This document shows, in pieces, positions 47,482 to 56,774 of a DNA stretch of 64,000 bases. Under the pieces are notes generated by a model. The model searched no databases. It was not told the origin of the DNA and saw only the letters and a program-made list of their open reading frames with translations. This stretch comes from Novakomyces olei (taxonomy: Eukaryota): the NCBI GenBank assembly GCA_016906335.1, contig JADEYG010000012.1, forward strand, positions 930,001 through 994,000, given 5' to 3'. A program made the position numbers and the translations under genes. Each line of letters opens with the position of its first letter. The first letter of the stretch is position 1.

Positions 47482-48518
47482 CTATTGTTCAAGCGCAATA
47501 TCTACACGAGCGCGTGAAGACTCTAATCCTTCCAATAGAGTGCAAGCCTTGCACACAGCATTGCTTGAAATGTAACCACAGCGCGAACACGTCCGCATAG
47601 GTTTGAGACTAGAACGGGCCACTTCACCCAAGGACATTGCTTCTCCCGAGTATATTGTGTCCAGAATACTGCTCGGCCGTAATCGCTCCAAGTCTTTTAT
47701 GAGTGCTCGAGCAGTTCCCCGAAAAGCTTCAGGGCTATACGTGCATTCTGTGCTAAAGTAATCAAGTTTTTTAAAATGAGCGTAAAGAACAATCTCTTTT
47801 TCGTATGCGTAGAGTAACGGTTTGCTCCTTTTAATGGCAGAATGATCAGATTCCGAGGTAATGTCCGTGCTGCGCGGTAATCGTGCAATATCTCCCCGTA
47901 ATACTGGGATCGTTAGCTTATATAAAAAATAAAAATGCAAACGTACAATTCATGAGAACCGTCTCTGCCACATCGTCAGCATTGTGTCCTGTTACTATGT
48001 GACGGATGTTGAGCATTGCTGCACCGCGATCAAGTGCCTGTCTTCGAAATACTCCACAGTATGTGCCTTTTAGTCAATACATTTGTTAAATAAATAAATA
48101 ACATACAATTATTCTTCTTTCCAATTTGTGACACGATCTGATCCATAGTCCATCCGTAAAGATCGCTGTATGAGACTACTCGTAACGGAATATTATACTG
48201 CTGTTCGTTGCGCTTCACTGTTTCCAAACTATCGTCACGATATCCACGTATTCCTTCGTCAACCGCGATAAGAGATAATTGAAGACCGTAATCGTACCGT
48301 TTATTCAGTGTACTGAGCACGTGAATCAAGACGGTAGAATCTTTACCACCACTTGCGCCTATTCCGATATGCTCACCACGAGAGAATAGCCCTCGTTGTA
48401 CTATAGTATTATGAATTTCTGTCTCGAAAACGTGAAAAAAGCACGCCTTGCAAACCCGTTCTCCCGTTTTGGGCCGCTTTATTGCGGGTTTCGCTGTGCG
48501 ACACAGTTCGCACAACAT
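47482..48518 (-). CDS. NCS6: Cytoplasmic tRNA 2-thiolase subunit 1; 2 introns
   Basis: CxxC pairs, [11 protein letters not shown]-loop, [56 protein letters not shown]. Confidence 0.97.
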
Positions 48519-48994
48519 GGCGGTCAAAACGACACAGGTTTATAAAGTTTTGAAATCGAAACTAAATTAATAAATTTGATTATTACTGTTATTCTCATTT
48601 TCACTATCGAATCGTATTATGTAATACACCGTATATTTCATCCGGTCATATAGACGGGCCCCGTCCATATAATGTCCACCATAATATAATAATACAAGAG
48701 TGGTCAATATGTTGAAAAACAATAATTGACTCGGCTCCATAATGCTACACTCCTTACAGAATCTTGACGAAATACAGTAAGCGATAATAATATACGATAT
48801 CAATTCATTAGTTAAATCAATCATTCACATGAGAACCGTATGTACAACGAACCCACTCTATAGTCTACATAATTCCCTCTGTTTATTGTACACAGACTCC
48901 ATCATAAAATGCTGGAAAACTTGCCAGCAAAGGGCTAAGCTTTCCAATCAAAGAAACAGAAATATTGGAAATAATAAAATAAATAAAAATAACA

Positions 48995-49066
48995 GAAAAA
49001 ACAATAAAAATTATAAAAACAATAAAAATTATAAAAATTATAAAAATTATAAAAATTATAATAAAA
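48995..49066. repeat. 9-bp A-rich repeat (TAAAAATTA)n downstream of the HSF gene
   Basis: Directly visible. Confidence 0.85.
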
Positions 49067-49099
49067 ATTCACAAAAAGTCAGATCATCATGAGCCAATA

Positions 49100-51094
49100 C
49101 TAATCGCTCAGCAAAAACTTTCGCTTTTTTTCTTGTGCCGCCGCATCTCCCAATTCACTATCGCTAGTCTGAGCCTCATTAAGCAATCCCAGTACGGATA
49201 CGTGACGACTACTATTATTCCGCGATAAAGGCGTAGTTCGTGAAGAAGAGTACCCCTCCTCCGACTCGTGAGCGACAGGATCTGACTCAAATCTCGATAG
49301 ATTACGGGAATGAATTTGCCGAAGATCAGAGTGAGAATTGCTGCGAGTACTCAGCGGAGCAGACGCATCGCCGACCGGCGTAGTCCGCGAGGTGGACGTA
49401 TGACTGCTGGCTGGAGAAAACCCTAACCCTGAACTTACCGGTACAAAAGGCGCACTAGGTAAATGGGGGAAGGATTTTGCCCTGGCGAAGGGCAGCGCGT
49501 CCCCTGACATGTGCACATCGGCCCCGTTTCCGATAGAGCCGACGGTTGGGTAATGGTGATTCGCCGGAGCTGTTGCCGATGGCGGGACCACTGTCCGTGG
49601 CGGAGACACAGGCCGTGATGGCGGCACGGAACCGTATCCGCGATGGTACTGAGGCGATGTACCCATAAAACTTCCCGGTCGCATATTCTGCTGGTGCTCT
49701 ACGCTCAACTGCAACTCCTCCAGGGATCTATGCAGGGCTTCTAGCGACTGATTAGTCTCGCCGGGACTTTGTACCGCCAAACGCGATATTATAGTCATAA
49801 CCTCGTCCAGTAATAAATGGTATCCCCGTAAAGATTCTGATAAAGCATGGGTATAGTTATTCATACCGCCTAACGCGTCTTCCAGCGCGTGTACGCGGTG
49901 TGAAAGAGCCATAATAGACGGGTGCTGTTCCACTGATGCATCCTGAGCCGCCATTGGCACCGGGACTGCTCCCGATGTTGGAAATGTTGCCGGCGGAGGA
50001 GGAGGAGGAGGTGGTGGAGGAGGTAGTATCTTGTGCTTTTCATCGTACGCAAACGCTCCCGGTGATAAAAGCCCCATTTGTGTATAATGCGAAGCTGCAG
50101 AAGAAGAATTTGGTACAGTCGTGGAGGGCGGCTGTTGCTGTTGCTGTTGCTTTGCACTTATGGCCGAGAAAGAGTGCACTGAGCCATTGCTAACAAGGTT
50201 ACTTGTCGTTGAAGGCGGTGCAGCGTTTGTACGTGCGGTTTTACGCTTAATCAACGACAGCAGTGCCACTTGGTCACGGCGAAAGTTGGGGTGCCGAAAC
50301 TCCCACGTAGTACTTTCCATGTGCTGCGATAAGGAATTTGAGCTTGAACTATGGTGAGGTCCCGGGCTAGGGTTAGGGTTAATTCCGTTAGTGCTATTAT
50401 TATTAAAGCTGCCAGTGCCGGAAGCGTTTACCGGTGTCGAGGCAGAATGTGACGGTGTCGAGGCCGATGTTGATGTCGCACTCGAGCTCTGGGACAAGGG
50501 TGCTGCATTGCCAAGTGACGTAATCGTAGAAGCCGAATGGAACATATCGTTTACCTTGTGGAACCCGTACATGTTCAACTGCCGTACAAAGCTCTGCCAA
50601 TTGTTATGCTTGAAGAAATGGTTGAGCACGCGGCTAAACTCTGTAGGATTTGTAACGATAAAGGTATCGCCGGCCACGCTCCAATGAATCAAATGGTCAT
50701 AGGCCGGATCATCAACCATTGAATACAGTTTCGCAACAAACGATCCTGGCGCTGGGCTCGAAGAGCCTCCTGTCGGCGTACTTGCCCCGTTCGCACCGCC
50801 GGCAAAGCTGCCGGCGGCGGTAGAGTTACCGCTCACACTGCCGGAAATGCTGCCGGTGCCACTGTGGCCCGGATGCATACTTGAATGGTGAGCAAAGACT
50901 GTCGTACTCGCCGGCATCTGTCCCGACTGTGTAGGCAAATGACGGAACGGTTGGTGCATTAGCACTGGCGAGGACGCTCGCGAAGGGTTGCGTGAGCTCA
51001 TTGCGCTAGAGTCTCGGGACCAGTCTCCGACAGAGGGCTGAAGCGATCGGTACTCCATGATCGAGGGTGACGACGGCCGACTGGCGTCGTCCAT
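49100..51094 (-). CDS. HSF-type DNA-binding transcription factor, Sfl1-like
   Basis: FVAKLYSMV...IHWS...FKHNNWQSFVRQLNMYGFHKVND...WEFRHPNFRR...IKRK; coiled coil; no receiver domain seen. Confidence 0.9.
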   Translation of the reverse strand: MDDASRPSSPSIMEYRSLQPSVGDWSRDSSAMSSRNPSRASSPVLMHQPFRHLPTQSGQMPASTTVFAHHSSMHPGHSGTGSISGSVSGNSTAAGSFAGGANGASTPTGGSSSPAPGSFVAKLYSMVDDPAYDHLIHWSVAGDTFIVTNPTEFSRVLNHFFKHNNWQSFVRQLNMYGFHKVNDMFHSASTITSLGNAAPLSQSSSATSTSASTPSHSASTPVNASGTGSFNNNSTNGINPNPSPGPHHSSSSNSLSQHMESTTWEFRHPNFRRDQVALLSLIKRKTARTNAAPPSTTSNLVSNGSVHSFSAISAKQQQQQQPPSTTVPNSSSAASHYTQMGLLSPGAFAYDEKHKILPPPPPPPPPPPATFPTSGAVPVPMAAQDASVEQHPSIMALSHRVHALEDALGGMNNYTHALSESLRGYHLLLDEVMTIISRLAVQSPGETNQSLEALHRSLEELQLSVEHQQNMRPGSFMGTSPQYHRGYGSVPPSRPVSPPRTVVPPSATAPANHHYPTVGSIGNGADVHMSGDALPFARAKSFPHLPSAPFVPVSSGLGFSPASSHTSTSRTTPVGDASAPLSTRSNSHSDLRQIHSRNLSRFESDPVAHESEEGYSSSRTTPLSRNNSSRHVSVLGLLNEAQTSDSELGDAAAQEKKRKFLLSD

Positions 51095-51632
51095 GACCGT
51101 GGCATAAAAGAGCCGGCAACAGCGGCCGGGAGCACTGGAGGATAAGAGAAATAAGAGGAGTTAGTAGGTGTATCAATGCCTCGGAGAACAGGATTGCCCT
51201 TAATTAAATTTGCTCTGCGTTTAGGACGTATAGGGAAGAGTGCTGTAGCGTTCGCGACACGGCTGTTTGTTCCTAGAAATATTTTATTCTCTTTATCTGT
51301 TTTTATTTAATCTCCTTTCCCATTCCTCTAATTTCTGTTTTATTTTTTTTATTACCTCCTTTGTAAAGCGTATTATATTAAAATGCAAGTGTGCCGAAAC
51401 AGGGTATGATAGCAGTTTTGCTGAGCTAATTTTTCTAGTAAGATTATCGTGCACGTAATTTATAGAGCTCTCGAACTGATAATAACGATTGATTATATTA
51501 AGCAGACGACGAAACAGGGTGGGCGGGAGATAGTACTACGCTTGGAAACTATCTCATGATAACACAGGAAATGTATGGAATACAAAGAATATATGTGCGA
51601 AAAATATGTTTGATTTTATAATACAATCGGGC

Positions 51633-52296
51633 ATGGAAAACGCAGGGTACAATGGAAGACGGTGGAGGAAAGTATCGGCAACACGGCAATTTGACAGCCG
51701 TGGACAGTATGAGCCAATGGTACAGGCGCTAGCGAGATTATATGCAGCAACTCTGGCGATACCAAATGTATTACTATGCTGCGCAATTGGCTGAGCACGT
51801 CTGTAGCCAAAGCGTCCATAAACGGTCACTAGAGAAAGAATCCAAAACATATTGTCTAAAACGTATTGTCTAAAACGTATTAGCGGCGTTGCCACTATAC
51901 TGCATCCGACGAGGCGCCTCCCAAACTGTGTCTGCGTTCGAATACTTAAATGAACGCAGCCTTTGTTCGCCCAAGACTATATGGCAATTGCAACGTAAAA
52001 CTGACACGAAGGAGGTCCATATCATTACCTCTATAGCCCGTTTGGCGTCGTTCATAGTCTCAATATTTTCTAGTCTCATTTTTATACATTACCCTTTTAC
52101 AAAATTCTAATCATTCGTACGGGCACACGTTCATTCGGTTCATGCATGTCAAATTCAAAGTCCCGAAAAGTCTGCGAGCCGCTTACCGGAACAATTGCTC
52201 ACGTCGACCAATGGGAAGGCAGAAAAGGCAAACTTCTTTACAAGTAATGGTGAGCGGAGCTTTTCGGGTAAATATGTGGAATATTCGAATGAATAG
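51633..52296 (+). pseudogene. Decayed PTH11-like (fungal rhodopsin-domain) membrane-protein gene
   Basis: Motif relics in family order across stops and frameshifts: GYNGRRW, LYAATLA(xTK), CI, PKTIWQLQRKTDTK, IITSIARL, TLPFYKIL, then polar tail ending KYVEYSNE*. Confidence 0.5.
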
Positions 52297-52510
52297 ATAA
52301 AGGCGGGCGCGATTACTTGATTCAGGTAATCAGATGCAGTAAGCCGACTGACAAGTAATCTTACAAACCTTGAGTACAGCGTTTAGTTTAGATGAAACTC
52401 TGACTCTTACAATACTCGAGACAAATTTGTACACTTTATATTTTCACAATGTAAACTATTGGCAACATGCTGTACGTAAGGATATATAGGCAGCAAAATG
52501 GAAAGCAGCA
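52151..52510 (+). repeat. Direct repeat copy 1 (~360 bp)
   Basis: Colinear with 56279-56673; shared blocks such as TGGTGAGCGGAGCTTTTCGGGTAAATATGTGGAATATTCGAATGAATAGATAA and GGCAGCAAAATGGAAAGCAGCA. Confidence 0.97.
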
Positions 52511-53616
52511 ATCTCAAAAGAAACAGAAACCCTGGCAAAAAATCGTGACCAAAATACCCTGTACGTCAACTGGAAATAATTCCCTTAGGATCATCTCTTA
52601 CCATCTCTTATTCTCTACCCTCATTCCCACACTCCAGTTCTTCTTTCCCAGCTTCCATTTCAACACTCTCTTGTCTTATGTCTACTATTCTGTAATCTTC
52701 CTCTCTATTCATTCAGATCTACCTAAATTCCTCACTTAATATTAATCTTTTACATACCACTACTATTTTTCAGATACGCTCCTCTCCTCTATCCCATTCC
52801 CTATGTCCCTACTGCATTTCCCTTGAACCTCTCTCCTCCACCTCTCAACCCGTCCACTTCCATCTTTGCCCTTCCTCCTATATCCCTCCCCCATTCAATC
52901 TACAACTCCCAATATCCATTCCCCACCTTCCCACACCACAACATCACCTCACAACAGCCGCTTATCCTTCAACTTACCTCACATATTCCCACAACGTCCC
53001 ACCCTCCCATTACTCGACACTTGACAACACCTGCAAATCTCTCCTCTCGCTTACTCTCCCCGCAACTCATCTCGTATTATTTCCCCCATTCTCTCCAAGC
53101 ATGTTTGCTGGCGAAATTACTTTCAGTTTAGACCTCGCACTGGGGTAAACTTGTGTACAAAGTAGAAGCATGATTAGATAGATTATGCCGTCTGTACGCA
53201 GAGAATTTAGTACATATTTTTTCTGCACATAGAAGGCCCGAATAATCCAAAACAGGAATTTATTGCTCCAGCCTGTGGAACTGGGTCGGCACAAATTTCC
53301 GTTTTTGGTAATTGGCGATAAGGAGCCACCTGTTTCCAGCCAGAAGTCAGCACAACGTGGTGACTTTTACTTGAAAGGCTTAATTGTATCCACGTCCGTT
53401 GGTGGATTCGAATACGCGGGATAGGGTATAAACTAGGAGCAATCTCTGGCCAGACCAGGTTTTGTGGCTCTCTCACTATCCGCGCCACCTCCTTCCCAGC
53501 GAAAGCGACATGAGCTTGTAACAATCTGACTGCATCCAGGCTCTCGGTGATTGGCATCAGACGACTTTGAAGCTGCATTAGCACACATTTTACTACACTG
53601 ACTAGTGACACTCGAG

Positions 53617-54410
53617 ATGGAGCAATTGGCGCTTGTATTTGTTCCAGGTCTTTGGGAAGGCCCTTCCGTCTTTGATGAAGTATCAGATATACTTCGAAAT
53701 CGAGGTTATACTACCGTTTATGCGCCACTCATTTCGACAGGTGTGGCATCGCCGGGAAACCCGAGTCTTAAAGACGATGTAGCAAATATTCGTAAAGTTG
53801 TTGAACCCTTAGTTGAAAAGGGGAAAGAGGTCGTCCTCATATGCCATTCTTCGGGAGGCTTTTTGGGTGCCGCTGCCATAGAATCTCTCACCTTGAAGGA
53901 GAGACAGCAAAGTGGGAAATTGGGCGGGGTTTCACAACTGATATTTCTCTGTGCCGGTGTAATGCCAGAGGGCAGCAGGCACCCTGATGTTTTACCATTC
54001 TTCGATATACAGGTAAATTTCTTCTACAATTGCGCTCCTTTATGATAGTTGGATGTTTGCTAACGTAAATTTGTCTGAACTGGCAGGGAAATGAAATGTA
54101 CTGCCGAGATCCTGTTAATACCCTTTTCAATGATCTCCCTTCCTCTATGGTCCGTAAATGGCTTGAAAAACTAAAACATCAGCCTGCCACAGGCTGGGCG
54201 GATGTTATTGAGTATGCTGGGTGGAAGGATGTGCCAACAACGTACCTAGTATGTGAGAAAGACGCAATTCTGCCCGCTGGGTTGCAGTTACATATGGCCG
54301 AGATGACTGGTGCTAAGATTCTGAGATGCGAAAGTGGACATATGGTAATGTTGAGTATGCCAGATAAGGTTGTAGATATTGTGACTTCGACAATCGTTAA
54401 TGAGCATTAA
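53617..54410 (+). CDS. Alpha/beta hydrolase (Abhydrolase_6, methylesterase-like); one intron ~54013-54086
   Basis: LVFVPGLW, CHSSGG nucleophile elbow, YLVCEKDAILP acid, SGHMVMLS His. Confidence 0.92.
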
Positions 54411-54970
54411 AGTTCATGGAAAGATGAGATTTTGCACTATTTGTTTTAGCCTGCGCATTTCACTTGGCCAGTTTCGCAAACCAAACCGAAAAGCAGTCAT
54501 AGATGGGACAATGCAGAGGCGCTAGAAAGCTTCTTTGGTAAACAGAAAGAAAGATAGCATTAGATCATCTTTCAAACTACAGAGGGCTTTTGAAGTTTAT
54601 GAAAGATTATATATATAGGTTTGATAAGGGACGTGAAATTAATTACTCTTCTGGGAAGTATCCAATAAATTGTAGGTGACAAAACACACAGCTCGAAAAA
54701 GCGACAGCTATTACAAAACTAACCTGCGCTTATAGCATCATCAAGAGATTTTACACATAAAAGGCATAATTGTGCTCTTGCAGCTCACGGTGATTATTCT
54801 GGCCGGAAGCGCGTTGGTACAGGCAATAGAGGTTAATTGTGCTTGATACTATTTTATGGGGCAAATAAAGTTTACGCTTCCGAATCATACAATTTCATGT
54901 TCATCCGTATCTATCTAGTGACACCTGCGTGACCAGATGCTCAAAACATCTTTCAACTCATGGTATTAAT

Positions 54971-55822
54971 CTATACCGCCAAGTGCTTTCTTCTACGATT
55001 GCTGTCGCATGCAGCAAATCTCCACCATGATCGATGCCAAAGCGTTAGAACTTTTGTCATGACAAACAAGACAGTAGGAGACACCGGGGGAAACACATCC
55101 CATTGACCACCCTCAAACTCGGTTGTTTCCATATTCAATAAAAACATTGGTAGTCCATTTAAAAGATAATGAAAACTAAGCATATTTTTTCCCGTCGCCA
55201 AAGCAATGGCCTCGATGTCAATCGGATGCTCTGGCGTGGAGAATCTAGAAAGAGCAAGCAGTGCCTCAGGCTCGGACGCAAGATGATTGTAAAGCGGATT
55301 CACAAACGATTCCAAAATCTCAGTAACAGAGCTGGCGCTCAATTCAGATTCCTTTCCTTCAAGGGACATGAGATAGGCCTCGAATTTCTGCAGGCCCGTT
55401 TCAAACAACTCTGAAATACGTGAGTATACCGTTAAGATCGCTGTTGAAACTTACTATGCTCTGTAATTTCGCCATTCATAACTCCTTTTTCCCTGGTAGC
55501 CTGCTCAATGGCGGGAAAAAGGTGCTTCTCTTCGAAGCGATGGTGGTCGTGCACAAAGCGCACCCACGCCATACAATAGGCAATGAAATCAGTTCGGTCT
55601 GACTCTTTTACGCGTCGTACCTGCTGGCAAATCGAATTGTAACCGCGGATTATTGCGTTGTGACTTAGAGTCATATGCGACGCCTCCACTGCAAACCCAT
55701 CAGTCTATGACATCAGTAAGCGTTATGGCAACACAAGTAGTCATTCCACTCACCCTGCCTGTCTTGTGGACGGGTGTCTCCAGCAGCTTAAGAGGCTCGT
55801 CTACATACAATGGCGGCTGCAT
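54971..55822 (-). CDS. Hemerythrin (HHE cation-binding) domain protein; 2 introns
   Basis: Spliced MQPPLYVDEPLKLLETP..|..ASHMTLSHNAIIRGYNSI..HDHHRFEEKHLFPAIE..EH|..HLASE..WWRFAACD. Confidence 0.88.
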
Positions 55823-56278
55823 CGAAAGTGCCACAGGTACGTTGGATGTATCTGAATTTGGAAACGATAAACGAGAGTAGTATGAGGAGATAGTAGATTC
55901 ATATTTCAACACACACCGAGTACGATTATCAAAGCTATTGATTGGGTTATCAGTGATTTTCTACCTATGAGTATAGTGGGTTATTTCTTAGATTTAGATA
56001 AAGATAATCAGCCAATACAATTCGATTCTTATACCAAATCAGAATCTGATTTAGATTTGGGTGAATCAAGATTATTATTAGATGTAGATCAGTCATTGAT
56101 AGTAGATTATTAGTTAGAGCTAATGATGTTGGACATGATAGGATCCCTATCCTAACAATCCGAAAGGCAGATTATCATAGGCTAACATTGGGGTTATTAC
56201 CTTGACCCTGCTTAACGACTAAATCAATATGGGGGTTAACGTTTGTCAGACAAAGATTCAATTGAACGTGGGATTTAA

Positions 56279-56673
56279 AAATTCATGTCCCGAAAAGTCT
56301 ATAACCCGCTTACCAGAACAGTTGCCCACGTCGACCAATGGGAAGGCGGAAACCGAGAGCAGTGCAAACTTCTTTACAAGTAGTGGTGAGCGGAGCTTTT
56401 CGGGTAAATATGTGGAATATTCGAATGAATAGATAACGGCGGGCGCGATTACTTGATTCAGGTAATCAAAAGATGCAGTAAGCCGACTGACAAGTAATTT
56501 TACAAAACTTGAGTACAGCGTTTAGTTTATTACTTGGATTGTACACGATGAAACTCTTAACTCTTACAATACTCGAGAACCCGAAATTCGTACATTTTAT
56601 CTGTTCACTATGTAAACTATTGGCAACATGCTATACGTAAGGATATATATAGGCAGCAAAATGGAAAGCAGCA
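56279..56673 (+). repeat. Direct repeat copy 2 (~395 bp)
   Basis: Colinear with 52151-52510, with substitutions and several insertions relative to copy 1; ends ~100 bp from the TOM1 stop. Confidence 0.97.
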
Positions 56674-56774
56674 TTCAAAGCAGCAAAAAAGAAAGCCGTA
56701 AAAAAGAAAGCGTAATAGTCGGAGAGGAGCAGAAAGCTCAAGGCATTCGCCGTAAATATAGTCATCACAATTAA

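Noticed and set aside
52311-52345. TPP riboswitch-like ACTTGATTCAGGTAAT
   Set aside because: No upstream CUGAGA, the P5/P4 partner strands are missing, and there is no thiamine gene nearby.
56341-56365. SRP RNA helix-8-like AGGCGGAAACCGAGAGCAG
   Set aside because: Imperfect geometry, deleted in copy 1, and no Alu domain or T-run terminator.
52151-56673. LTR retrotransposon suggested by the direct repeats
   Set aside because: No gag/pol/RT/integrase relics inside, and no TG..CA termini, PBS, PPT or TSD seen; the repeat looks like a gene 3' end.
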